From Cycas panzhihuaensis (taxonomy: Eukaryota; Plantae; Cycadophyta): a DNA stretch of 64,000 nucleotides. The position numbers and the translations under genes are program-made. Under the pieces are notes generated by a model, which saw nothing but the letters and a program-made list of their open reading frames with translations, was not told the DNA's origin and made no database searches. The stretch spans positions 219,549,741 through 219,613,740 of the forward strand of contig CM041465.1 of assembly GCA_023213395.1 (NCBI GenBank). The letters are read 5' to 3'. This document shows, piece by piece, positions 12,237-25,437 of the stretch (the stretch's first letter is position 1; the number at the start of each line of letters is the position of its first letter).

Positions 12237-14780
12237 ATGGCGGTAGCGAGGCTAGATCCAGTAAGTAGATCATTCTTTTCCCAACCACTCTTGTCGTTTA
12301 AATTTAACAGCTTTTTAATACTTTTTAGTGTAGTTTTTAGCCCCTTACGGGTAAATGGAGATCTCATGGAGTCTGAATTGGACCTAGCGAGAGGAGGGAC
12401 CGAGGCATTAGGTAGCCCTAGTCTCGGTGGGCCTGAGCATGGCCCACCTGAGCAAAAAAAATTAGATTTTTTGGGTGGGAAACCCCCCTAGTGCAGGGGT
12501 GTCATCGGCCCCGTGGCAAAGATCGCGATACCGCGAACTTTATTGAGGGGCCACTGAGTTCATGCTAGAAACTCAGCAGGGCCCCATGCTAAACTCTTTA
12601 GTACCACAGAGTTTAGCGTGGTGTGAAGGCAGATAAACTGAAAACACAAAGGATGGCCTGAAGGATTGCCAAACCTAAACTAAGAAGGAATCAGGGGTAG
12701 TCCTAAAGGCAGAGAAGTAGGTCTAGATGAGTTCTAACTGGTCTTTGGGGTGTTTTGCAGGTAGTTATCGTGGTAGACAATCGCAAGAACATCGGAGTGG
12801 TAATGCTTAGTTTTATTGAGATGATATCCCATGGAGACAGGCAAGTGCTAGGGAGATGTAGCCTACTGAAGGCCATCTAGACACCATAGCATGCATTAGA
12901 TCAACACCTTCTAGTGGACAAAGTCTCTGGGATCGATGGCGGCATGCATTCCACCTCCCCCAAGTGGGAGATGTCACAGTTATACTAGGAGACATCCAGA
13001 GGATCTTGAGGGTACCAACAGCAGGAGCACCAATGTCGCTAGGGACATTGCCTAGTAATGATGCAGCATACAGGGAGGTAGCCACCTACTTCACAGGTCA
13101 TGACCAGTGGGAGAGGAGAGGCATACCTGTACAAAGTATGATTATGTCTCAGATTCCTCGAGTGAGGAAGTTGATTACATTATGCATTCTGTTCAGGATA
13201 TCTTTGAAACAGAACTGTAGGGACATACCCAGTGAATGGATGGATACTATAAGGAGATAAGAGGCTGGAGAGAGGCTAGATTGGGTTACATTGATATCAG
13301 CGAACTTGATCGCCTAGTTGGATGCCATCAGGGTGGCCAGGAAAAGAGGATTATCATACAGCATGCTCTTATCTCAACATGGGCTCCTATGGTCTACAAG
13401 TGGCAGACTCGGTTCAGGGGGACCGAGGACCAGGCATATGTCTGACACTTAGTGGAGGCTACATCATTGGACCTCCTCACCATGGCAGACTACATGATAA
13501 ATATGTGTAGAGGGTTGAGATGGGACAGCAATGACAGGGCTGGAGGAGCTGGAGGAGCCGTAGGTGGACCTAGAGGAGATGACGATGATGGTGATGATGG
13601 GGGTGATAGGGCAGGCCCATCAGGAGTAGCAGGTGGAGAGGTAGATCCATCATGGACCGCAGGAAGGGAGGCAGGACCATCAGGAGCTGCAGGAGGTGAG
13701 GCAGGTCCTTCAGGGACTGCAGAGAGAGGTAGGGCACCCCAGATGTCAGTCCAGAGGCTGAGGATGGTGGGGAGAGCCTAGGCAGTGATAGCTCCAGCAA
13801 AGGAGGGCAGAGGTGCCCCGATAAGTTAGGTTATCGGTGAGGTAGTACTAGAGGAGGAGGAGGTACCAGCAATAGGGGAAGGACCCGAGGAGGAGGTGAT
13901 CGTCCAAGTCATGGAACCGACAGTCCCAGCATGTGAGATGCTACATTTTCCTATCATCCTTCGATTACTAGATATCTAGTTGTTTTGTTTTATTTGGTTT
14001 GTTTGGTATACATATATAGATATATATATATATTGACATATGGCGTGTTAGATTTGCAGGAGCCATGGATATTGGGAGGTTGGTCGAGGCAGTAGTCCGA
14101 GAGATGTTCCCCCGGGCCTACACAGATGGGCAAACCTCCATCTAGGCAGGAGAGGAGCCACGGTCGGCAGGAGCCCACATAGTAGCATTTGCCCCATTGG
14201 TCAGGGCTAGAGATGTGTAGGTAGCAGAGTCCCAGGAGCACAAGGCATGAGTGGGACGACTACAAGGTGAGCTAGATGGGACCAGAGTGGAGAGGGATGC
14301 TCTATGAGGCCGGGTCTAGGCAGTGGAGGCTCAGGGAGGAGAAGGTGGTGATGCAGAGACTAGCATCAGGGTAGCGGTGCTAGAGGAGTGACTCTGAGGG
14401 ATGGAAGAGATGCTCCGAAGGGTAGAGAGAAAGGGATCATATCTAGGCACAATATGATCAGGTAGTGGACCAGATAACGTCGAGGTCATTGCAGAGTAGG
14501 GCACATATTCATACGATAGCGATGACCCTGAGGAGGCCTCGATACAATGGGAGTAAGGCAGGGAGCTCCGAGATGTACAAGAGGAGTCTAGGAGGCATGT
14601 GGCCCCTAGGAGGGGAATCACATAGACCAGGAGATGACACACTAGGGGCAGGAGAGCATTAAAGAGTAGGAGATACCAGTTTTGATTTGGGAAAGTATCA
14701 GACCTCCAGGGAGTCACCATATATTACCACATGATTGTGCTCCTCCCTGCAAGGATTCCAGCTTCCCGCGGATGATGTAC
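12237..14780 (+). pseudogene. Antisense extra gene of the Tat element: Plant Mobile Domain (PMD)-like protein with Gly/acidic repeat region; probably 3 exons
   Basis: LDQHLL..SLWDRWRHAFHLPQVGDVTVILGDIQRILRVPTAG matches the PMD motif (ERW..HTFHLP.GE.T.TL.DV..ILGLP..G). Intron 1 is 12261-12760 (GTAAGT, CTAAC branch point, TTTTGCAG). A second acceptor TTTGCAG lies at 14059. Confidence 0.75.
13611..13730 (+). repeat. 30-bp coding minisatellite x4 (AGPSGxAGGE)
   Basis: GCAGGCCCATCAGGAGTAGCAGGTGGAGAG and three variants in tandem. Confidence 0.85.
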
Positions 14781-15422
14781 TATACCATTTGTATGATATG
14801 ATACATTATGATTTCATGTATATAGACAGGGCCATTGGGACCCCATTTGATATATGATGATATGTGCGATGACACATGATGATAGATTATGTTGCATTTG
14901 CTTTTATATGTATATTTGTGTGTATATATGTGAGGGTGCACGGGTGCACGAGGAGCTATAGATCATGATGTTTTGAGTTGATTATCATATGGTTTGTGTT
15001 TAAGGCTTGCTTAAGTTACACACACTTCCTTTCATACAGGGCCACATTCCTAGCGGGCGCACATACAATCACCATGAGCATCAACGATGGATATATGTAG
15101 GGCTAGGAGATAGGGAACTATACATGTCCATATAGGAGCATAGCAGAAGATGCAATGGAAGTGCTGACGAGACAGAGAGTAACGATACTTGAGCACTCCA
15201 TCCTAGTTGTTGAGTGTTTCCAGGCTTAGGAGTGATAGGGACAACACACCCAATTAGGAGGACGAGCCCCACAAAGAGAGGGGGACAAGGGGTTCTGTGG
15301 GTGGAACCCAAGAGAAGTAAGGAGGCCACCCCAAACTGCCATTCTACCTGTGACTAGGGTGAATGGGGACGTGCTTAGGGTGGTAGTTTAGGCTCATTTC
15401 AGAGTGCAAGGAGAGGAGTGGT

Positions 15423-18400
15423 CATGCGTAAAATTTCTTCGGGAATTTCCCATTAATAGCCTTCTCAAATTCAAGACCCTCCAGGGTGGAAATCCTATAG
15501 GTGTTGTTACCGAGGCTCTTGAGAATGATGAAGGGGCCAACCCATTTGGGTCTAAACTTGGTCAGGCGGTCATGGAGATACTCCAGCTTGAGGACATGCT
15601 CCCCAAGATGTAAAGGGCAAGAATGAAGGTGTTTGCCATATGTCCTTCGTGCCCTAGCCTTAGAAGCGAGGTTTGCTTAGTAGGCAATCAAGCACTTCTT
15701 ATCTAAGGCCTCAAGGTCTAAGAGGTGAGCCTGCCAGATAGACTCCTCATCAACAAGACCTTGAAGAGAGACTTACAAGGAGGGAATCTCCACTTCTAAT
15801 GGGAAAACCACCTCTATCCCATAGACTAGGGAGAAAAGGATCATTCCCATAGTCGTACGAATAGACGTGCGATATGCCCATAGAGCAGAAGAAAGTTGAA
15901 GATGCCAATCTCTTTAAGATTGGGCTATGATTTTCTTTAAAATATTTATAAGGGTTTTGTTGAATGATTCAACTTGGTCATTGGCCTTAGGGTAATAGGG
16001 AGAGGAGGTTTTATGAGAAATGTTAAATTTCTTACAGAGTTTGTCCATCTCCCTATTACAGAAAGGAGTCCCATTATCCGTGATCAAGACGTCAAGAACT
16101 CCAAAACGGTAGATGATGTGCTAGTAAATGAAGGTGGCTATCGTCTTAGTAGGAGTGGTGGTCAAAGGAATTGCTTCCACCCATTTAGTGAAGTACTCTG
16201 TAACAGTCAAGATGAACTTATGCTATGACAAAGAGGATGGGGATATGGCCCCAATAAGGTCCAACCCCCATTGGAAGAAGGGCCATGGAGATATAACGGG
16301 ATGGAGAGCCTCATAAAGTAAGTGAGTGATGTTGGCGTACTACTGGCACCGCCAACATCTCAGGGCATAAGCATGGGCATCCTTAAAGAGGGATGGCCAG
16401 TAATACCCCATATGGATGATCCTTGGGGCCATGGATTGGCCTCTAAAGTGGTCCCTGCAAATGTCGTTGTGACATTCACAGAGTATTTGGTTTGCTTTGT
16501 TGGGGTTAATGCAACAAAGAAGGATCTCTTGTATAATACTTCGCCTATAAGGAAGTATTGCCTAGCAGTAGCCTGAATATGAGACCTAACTTTGTTGCAA
16601 CCTTCAGGGCGGTACTACTGCTAAGCAAGGTATTATACAACATCTTCATACCACTCACTGTTAGCAAGCGGATGAGGGGGAGAGTCCTGAATGGCCAGGA
16701 TAGGCTCATTAGGGAGAGAATCATCAATGAGAACATCAAAAGGGTTCAGGATTGGGGTGTCAGTGAGTTGCTCAGCCACCACCATCCCCTTCTTTGACTT
16801 CCTGTTATCAATTTGGAGTTCAAATTCCTAAAGGAGGATGGCCCATTTGTCAGTCCTACCTATCAAGTTGGGTCGAGTGAGTAAATATCATAGGGGATCG
16901 GATTAGACGATCACCCAAGTGGTATTCTCAAGCAAATAATGCCTAAACTACTTGGTTGCATATACCAAGGAGAGACACTCCTTCTCAGTAGGGGAGTAGT
17001 TATGTTCAATAGCCGCGAGAGTGTGACTGATGAAATAAATAGTCCTCTCGGTTCCCAAATAATCCTCCTGGGCTAACATAGCACCCAAGGACTCATCGAT
17101 AGCTGAGGTGTAAAGAATGAATGGCCTATCAAAGAGAGGGGGTATCAATGTTGGGGTGGAAGTGAGGGCTTCCTTAAGTTCTTCAAAGGCTTACTAGGCC
17201 TTTGAAGACCAAATGAACAGGGCTCCCTTCTTTAATAGATTGGTGAGAAGCTTGGCATTTATAGCAAAATTTGCTAAGAAACGCCTAAGGAATCTGAGCC
17301 TACCTAAGAACGACTTAATCTGTCGTTGGGTTTTAGGAGGCGGCATGTCAAGGATGGCCTTGACTTTATCGAGGTTGATTTAGATCCCTTGTTTTAACAC
17401 AAGAAAACCAAGGAGTTTGCCATATGTCATGGCAAATATGCATTTAAGAGGGTTGAGGCTCACATGGTATTTGTAGGATCGTATAAAGATGACCCACAAA
17501 TCAGAAGGATGACGGGCTCTAACATGTGAGAGACCCATCATATCATCCATGAAGACCTCTAAGGATCTGTTGATAAGGTCATGAAAAATGAATTACATAG
17601 CCCTCTGATAGGTGGTACCTACATTCTTTAATCTGAAGGGCATCGCCTTATAGGTGAAGGTACCCATGGAGTAGTAAATGCCATCTTATGACAGTCTTTG
17701 GGAGAAATCTGGATTTGGTTGTAGCTGGAGAAACTGTCAATTAAGGACATGACTTCAAAACTGGTGGTTTGATCAATGATCTAATCGATGAAGGGAAGTG
17801 GGAAGTTGTCCTTAGGACATGCGTTGTTGATGTCTCAACAATTAATACATATCTAAATTGTCCCATTCTTTTTAGCAACATGGACAATATTAGACACCCA
17901 CTTAGGGTAGTCGATGGAAGTGATTAACCCTGCATTCAGGAGTTTCTTAACTTCCATCTTGATAGCAGCTAAAATCTTAGGGTGAAGAGGGCATTACCTT
18001 TTACCCATAAGGCGAGCGCCCAGGATAGTGGTGAGGTTGTGGGTAATGATCGAAGGGTCAATCCCCTTAATATCAGAATAGTCCAATGTGAAGATGTCTC
18101 GAAACTCCTAGAATATAAGGGTATACTCCTTCATTTCATCAAGAAGGCATTCTACTCCCACCTTAATGACCTTGCCTGGGGCGAGGACTATGTCCTGGGT
18201 TACCCCCACGCATATGGCATTCCCCTCCTCAAAGTGAATGGGGGCTTGATCAACAAGAAGAGGCAGAATAGGAGACGAAATTAGGTTGATAAGGGAAGAC
18301 CCAATAGCTAGGACCTTCTGATGGCCAAGCCTATGGTGACCAGAAGGGAGATTAGGCATGGAGCCCACTAAATACACAAGCAGAGCCTCATCATCCTTAA

Positions 18401-21400
18401 AGTAATCCACCCCGAGGATGACCACACTTCAAGAAGATGAGGAGAGAGGGGAAGTAGAAGCAGCAGGACTGTGGTAGTTGGCACACTGCTCGACATACCT
18501 AGAAGTCTCTCTGCAAGAGTCGGGAAGAGGACTCCTATAAGGGATAATGGGAGGCTCCCTGACTTCATTGTCTACAGGGGGAGATGAAGGGGGGAGACTC
18601 AAGGATGCTTGATCAACAGGAGCAATGACATGAGACATAAGAGAAGAGTTAGTTTCTTCAACAATGGGGGTTACAGATCAGTACCTGGAATGGAGGTGCC
18701 CCCTACTCGTGCCTAAGAAGGAGATAGGGTGAGGGAAATCCTCATCCTCGCCATGAGACTCATCATCGCTAAGTATGGTAAGGTACCCATAGCTTCTAAC
18801 ACCAATAGGGGAAAAACATGTGAGGTTGGAAGAAGAAGATGAAGGATCTTATTCCAAAGGGGATGGATTAGGGATGTCGATGGAGAAAGCAGAGGCATAG
18901 GTAGAAAGGTCCTTGTCGCCTTTAGCTTGGCCATGAACCGCTTGACGAGGCTAGCATGGTTGCTTAGTGGGAGGAGGCTCCTGGGAGATAACCTTCATTC
19001 ACCCTTCATAGACGAATTTAAGTTGTCCCTAATAGAACAAGCACACCGCTCCCATTTGGTCAAGCCATAGGCATCCCAATAAAAGATTGTAGTCAACATC
19101 AATGTCGAGAACTATAATATCAGTGAGGATAGTCTTGTCCTTAAGAGTAAGAGGGATGGACACCAATCCCAAGGGTGTCTTTTTGCTACCATTATATCCT
19201 TGACACCGTTATGGAACTGGCTCCAAGGTTGATATACCAAGCTATTGCATGACACGTAAGGGCATGGCATTAATAGAAGAACCATTATTAACAAAGGTTC
19301 TCCATAAAGTACAATTAGGAGCATCAATGGTTATGGTGAAAAGGAAGTGCCACTGGCGCTCCCTTTCACTGGCAGGGGAGAGATCCTTAAGATCGAAAGA
19401 GATGATGGATTCGTAACTTAGGGCAACACCCAAGACATGAATGGACGCGTCACCTAATCCTAAGGCTTCCAGAGGAAGCATGTGTTGTTCGGGGCAGCTC
19501 CTCAAGACGTCCATTATGGACATTTCGGTGGCCACGGTATGAAGCTTATCAACGATGGAGAAAGACTTCCCCTTCGCAGTGGGTTGGGGAAGAGCCCTTC
19601 GAAAGTCATAATGAATGGGGCACACAAGAATAGTCTTGTGGAGTGCAGGGACTTCTGGGAGAGAGGATTTTGGAAGAGGGTCAAAGTGAGGTATAGATGA
19701 AGAGGCATCGTTCACCTCTTTGACTGCTTAAGACCAGGTTAGAGCATACAATGGAGTAGTCTCAAGCATCTGAATGACCTTCTTTCCCTTGTTTCGAGAT
19801 GGTGAAGGTGAAGGAGTACGATAGTCAGGGGAACCCGAAGAGGAGGATGAATTCCTTACTCCCTTTCCTTTAGATTGTGAAGGGCGAGGATTTGGGGATC
19901 TTCCTCGGTTCTGTTTGTTCTTTTGTTGGTGATTACGATTGCATTCCCCATGTTTAGGGAAGGGATCTCTATGGACAGGCTAGTCTAGGTTGGGCCTAAA
20001 TGCCCATTTGGGGGAAGAGTCGTGTTGCAGGGTAGCCCTAGGATGCTAGGTCTGACATCGCGAATCTTTGTGGAAGCATTCTCCATGGATGGAGCACCAC
20101 TTCTTTTCAAGGGATTAATCGATCTTCCTCACTAGAGAAGACTAGGTGTTACCACCCTTAGGACGAGCAGCTTGGGAATCCTAGTGGACTGGCTTATGCG
20201 ATGTGGGGGATGAAGGAGCTTGGAGCTTGAGCTCTATCATAGTATGTTCAAATGAACATATGGCTGAAGTGAGATGATCTAGGGTCTTCTCAGTAGGATG
20301 AGAAGAAGACCTAGCGGGTTGTTGGGTTTTGGTTTCTCATGGTGGTGGAGGCACCTCACGTCATTGTGAGGGCTTTAGAGGCTTCTTGAGTCCAACCTAG
20401 ATCTCAACGGCCTCAAGCGCCAAGCACTCCACTACAGTAGAGTCACACATAGTCACCCCCATCTTAAGGACTTTGATGTGGACTTTTGGATGAAGGGCGT
20501 TGACAAAGAGGTCCCTCTTCAACTCCTCAGGCAAAGTCACCTTAGTGGAATGAAGAAGGTCATGAAAACGTCTCACAAAGTCACAATTCATTTCATCGTG
20601 ACCTTGGTTAGGAGATAAAAGGGGTTTTATCCCACTCTCGAATGGACAAGCTACGTGAAAGTAGTTGATGAATTCATCCACAAGCTGCTGGAATGAAAAA
20701 ATAGAATGTGCACGTAGGCAATAAAACCACTTCAGGGCATCGCCTTGAAGGGATCACGGGAAAAGTTTCATGAGAATGTGGTCATAGGCCCAGTGGTCGA
20801 TGCATGCCATAGAAAAACTACAAACATGCTCTGCTAGGTCCTATCATGAAGTTCCATCAAATTTGGGGACTTCAGGAGGGTGAGGCAGTAAGTTAGTTCT
20901 TAATGCCTCAATATATAGGGGCATCAACCTATAGTCCATAAAGGGGGGTGCCCTCAACTAGATCATAGGGTCAACAGAAGTAGAAAAAGATAGTGGGCAG
21001 GGTTGCCTGAATCCTCCTTGGAGGGTTTGGTTTGAAAAGGGATGTTGTCCTCCCATTGTTTGGTGAGAAGGTATGAATCCCATATTCGAAGAGACATGCA
21101 AAGAACTGAATGGGTGTGATGGACCCATTCCTCCTAAAGGGAATGCTCCTTGTTAGAAAGGAGCTTGAGGGAGAATGCCTTGGGAGGGGGCTGGCCCTCC
21201 TTGCAAAGGCGTCATATGAGGTGCCATATAGGATGGCGGAAAGGAGGGGTGAGAGACTAGATTTTGTCCATATGGGCTGCCCATGGGTGGCGCGACCCCA
21301 TAAGGATACAAAGGGTCCACCCCATAAGTAGGAAGGGAGTTCCCTTTATCATGTCCCCATGATTGAGCAATGTAACCGAGAGGCACGTAGAGAGAAGAGT

Positions 21401-22180
21401 CCCTAGGTTGGTGCTGAGGGTGTGTGGGGACGGACCCTACATGACTAGAAATAGGAGGACATGCAAGTCCCCTAGGTCTAGTAGGCGGTGGATAGACAAT
21501 GGTCAAAGGAGGACTAGTCGTTTGACTATACAGGGGCATGCTCAACCTGAATTAAGAAGAAGACATACCCTGGGTGGTCCCCAAGGAATATAAACTATGG
21601 GGATAAGTGGATGAGATGAGAGGTAGGCTCATCGTAGGTAAGGAAGTTGAATGGGATGAGTGAGGCAAGGGAGACGTAGAATAAGGAAGCACAATGCTTC
21701 GCAAGATATTCTTGAACCACTTAGGGTGTGGTTGGAGACGGCTGGCTTGGAAACATTGGCTTAAGGCTTCTACTACATCGGTGGGAGGGGTATTTACCTG
21801 ATCGTAAGAGTTGGATGAAACCTCATATAAAGTGGGTCCCGTAGGATGATTCTTGTGAGAATCACCATGGTGGTGGTGAAACTCTAAAGGAGACGAAGGC
21901 TCTACTTCATGAGTAAAGGGATGGTGAGATTATAGGTGTTGCTTGTCACCCGAATAAAAGATTGGATCTTCACTTCCTTAGGTAAACCCTTGGAAGGAAG
22001 TAGAGAGATCAAGGGAATCAGACACATAAGCAAGGTATACCCAATCAGAAAGAGATCCCTCCATAATTGAATCAGGATTCGATGTAGGAAGGGATTGATA
22101 TAAGGGTTCTTCCAACAGCAGAGGTAGACCTCATAAGCATCATAAGAATCGTCACATGCAAGTTCTGCCTATGGGTTAGA
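15423..22180 (-). pseudogene. gag-pol of Tat element (gag, protease, RT, RNase H, integrase), disrupted
   Basis: Gag ~20400-20870, protease WRTFVNNGSSINAMP (~19290), RT EVFMDDMMG (~17550), RH FILYTSAIDESLGAMLAQ..NYSPTEKECL (16948-17148), integrase GYYWPSLFKDAH, PWPFFQWGLDLIG, PKWVGPF..KKFYA*. No aRH lies between RH and INT. Confidence 0.92.
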
Positions 22181-22299
22181 AGAAAGGAAAGATAAAGTGA
22201 TGTATGCATTGGGGGCTACCCAACAATACCAAAAGGGAGAGCTACTAAGAGGAAGTAGCACTGACAGGAAGGGAGAAAGAATGATTCCCTTGCTAGTAG

Positions 22300-22319
22300 G
22301 TCCCCAATATGGTCGCTAG
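22300..22319 (-). other. Primer-binding site, tRNA-Arg type (degenerate)
   Basis: Minus strand reads CTAGCGACCATATTGGGGA next to the 5' LTR, resembling the TGGCGACTCCACTGGGGA PBS of Tat/Ogre elements. Confidence 0.7.
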
Positions 22320-25300
22320 TAGAATCGCATCTATGGGATGGTAACTACACTTAGCTAGGATTAGGTTGGTCAATGGAAGGCTCCAGAATATAGAGTCAAT
22401 CCAACAAGTAAGGGAAATCACCGACATAGGGTGTTCGTGGATCAAAATGCAGGTTTGGGACCCACGAATACCGCACAACTCCCCTCTGGGTAACTTTGTT
22501 TTGGTTTTGGGGGTAGTACGAATGAGGAATATCCTCAGTTTCCTGAGTAACCTCAAGATATAGGTCTTCCTGCCCTTGGATGGCCAGAAGGGAAGCAGAA
22601 GACCAAATGAGGGAATGGATCCTCATGGGAAATGAAGAGATGTGAATGGAATATATATGGGCAAGTGACACGAGAGGTACACACTTGCAAGGATGGTGTC
22701 GGATAACCACCTAGCGCATGGGACCAACCCAAAGGAAAAGATGTCAAGATTGTTTAGTTAATGTGGGTGTAATGGAGTTAGAGGAGGATGCACTAGGGGA
22801 CAAATCCTCCTTAGGCTAACCCACCTAAAGTGAGTTTGGGAGAATAAAGGATGATGGCAAAAGAAGCTTTCACCGTCCCACATGTGAAGGGTTCAACCTC
22901 CGATGTGTGTTGGTGAAATGATATCTAACTAGTTGTATGTGTAAACAAGAGACACAGAAATTATATATAAATAACAAATATACTCCCGTATATTCTCAAA
23001 TATAAGTCCTCACTCTCTTTTCACTTTAAACGGGAGAAAAGGGAATGAAGAAGGTAAACCAATCAAGCATAAACATGCATGCCAAAGATGCAAAGCCTAA
23101 AGGGGCTATATACAACCAAACAGAAAGAGGGAGGGTATAGTTCATATCTCATGCTCTTTCCTAAGAATGCAAACATAGCATGCATATACAAACGATATAT
23201 GCAAATTAGTTCTTTTTCTCTTTTCCTTTTATGCTTTGATTATGCAAGCAAGTAGGTTTAAAAGTACAATAAAAGGGGAAGAGCTACGGAGAAAGGAGGG
23301 CAACGTCCCTGGAGGGTTATGCGGTTGAAACAAGGATGTCATCTTGTGCCGCACTTGCTTCTCCCTTTCCTTTCCCAATGTGTGGACAGCATAGAGCTAT
23401 AGCATTGGGACTCCCTTACCTTCCCCAAACTAAAAGGAAAAAGTCAAGGAAACAAAAGGAAGGACTATGCTAGAAACCAAAATGACCAAAGAAAAGGAAG
23501 TAAGAGACATACTGGATTGAAGTGGTTCTTCTCTATGAATGACATGGCGAAACTTGCAGTCATAACAGTACTCCACCCTTTTCCAAGGGGCTATTAGAAT
23601 GCCAAATAGATATATGTGTATATATATATATATGCAAAGTGTCCAAAATGTTGCAAGCAAAGCACTTTAATCAAAGTAAATCTCTAACTAGGAAAGCAAC
23701 TTCCAATCTCCTCAATACAAGCAAGACAAGATAAAGGACAGAGATGGTTAGCCTCAGAATGGCTAAGCCTCCAATGTACACACCTCCACACTATCCCCAA
23801 GCACATGAACAGTAAATCAGGACAGCCTAAGTAGCAGCTAATAGTGAAAGAAATAGGTAGCTCAAGGTTTGTAAATACTGCCGATGTTGCAAATGTTGCA
23901 ATGTGCAACGGTTTGCAACTTTTGACTAAGTCAACACCCAAAGATGATATGTGACATAACTAAGGACTGGAATCTCTACCCATATGAGGCACTCAAGTCT
24001 AGAACTAGCGCAGCAAGGGGCTACATACGTTGATACTAGTGATGTCCCTCTTTCAAGAGCTCCCTGGTAGCTCAAGAAAGGCACAAGAGAGGAGGATAAA
24101 ATAGGGAGAAGGGGGTTGCCCTTGAGGAGCAAGCCTAGTTGGGTGCAAAACTTGCCTTAATTCCTTTCTCTTACCCTTGTAGGACCTCTCCTCGTAACCT
24201 ACTTAGAGAAACTAGGAGAGAGTAGGAAGGTAGGGGGACAGATAAGGAACGATGGAGGGGATGCCTCTTGTATGTGATGGAAAAACAATGAAAAGAAAAA
24301 GTATATAAGGTAATCCAATCTCTTTTAGGGAAGTTGAAAGGAACAAAATGGAATAAACATGAAGTGGTACTTGCTATGGCTAGATTGGTGGCAGTTCTAC
24401 CTAAGAAAATGGCAGAAAAGGACAGTTCTATGAAGCTTGTAGGTGGATCCCTGCAAAAGTTATGAAACCTAAAGAGAAGCTTAGTGAAACCTGATGATTA
24501 CGCATGGAGGTGAGACTTGGAATATATCCTTGCTTGGAGGAGCTTGTTCTTGAGTCTTCTATAGTAGATCTGAGCTAGAGAAGGCAGATCTCAGGCTGGG
24601 ACAGAGGTATCTTAGATGTTGCATGGTGTTCCTACAGAAAGTTGCATGTGAAAGTAGGAGAAGAGAGGAAAATGAATGGAAGAAGACAAGGAAAATGAAG
24701 TCTTTTTGGGTTTTATACCTAACCGTAGCTTGATTGGATGATTAGGGTTAGGCTAGGACTCTAGGGATGACTAAGCCACGTGGTAATTTCGTGAAAATTG
24801 TGAAAATTACCGTGGTAGATTTAAAAAATGATTTCTGACAGTCACCCCATGGTAAACTTTACGGTACCATGAAGTTTACCACGGTACCACGACATTTACC
24901 GCGGTGTGGTGATAGAATACAAAATATAAGAAAAAATGAGAGCTGGGAGCCCTAAAAGAGGCTGCCCCAGGCCTAGGAGGGGCTGACCCCCCTGTCCAAG
25001 TGGTTGGGGACAGTCATAGTGAGGAAATGACCTAGACTAGATGGGGCACCGGAGAGATAGGATTCCTAGGATGTCGGCAAGCAGGTAAAAGATGTCAATC
25101 ACTCCTAGCAAGGTGCTAGGCGCTCTAATGTGGCGATGAGGGTGTGAACGGATCACAAGGGTAAGGCGACGCTTAAGACAACATGGAGGTGAATATGAGG
25201 GTTGTGGAGTGCCATGGGGATGCATGTCTCGCAGATCATCATAGGCTAAAATAGTGTCAGTCAATATGACCAAGCAGCAGATGCAAGATGATCATTCAAA

Positions 25301-25437
25301 TGTATCAGTCAATCATGCAGTGAAAATAAATGCTTTGATTTACCTTTCTATAGAAGTGACAAAGGCAAAGGATACAAGCATACCTGCACTTACCTGAGTT
25401 GACTTGCCAAAAACCCATTCCTGGTACCCGGGAAACA
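22320..25437 (-). repeat. 5' LTR of Tat element (3118 bp)
   Basis: Direct repeat of 6490-9568, ending GGGAAACA. Confidence 0.93.

Larger units (their letters stand above)
6490..25437 (-). mobile_element. Full-length Tat-lineage Ty3/gypsy LTR retrotransposon (~18.9 kb)
   Basis: 3.1-kb LTRs with TG..CA ends, TSD ATAAT (6485-6489)/ATAAC (25438-25442), PBS, PPT, gag-pol, extra ORFs and archaeal-type RNase H. Confidence 0.93.

Noticed and set aside
13611-13730. CRISPR-like periodic repeat
   Set aside because: Contiguous in-frame 30-bp coding repeats without spacers, in eukaryotic retroelement context.
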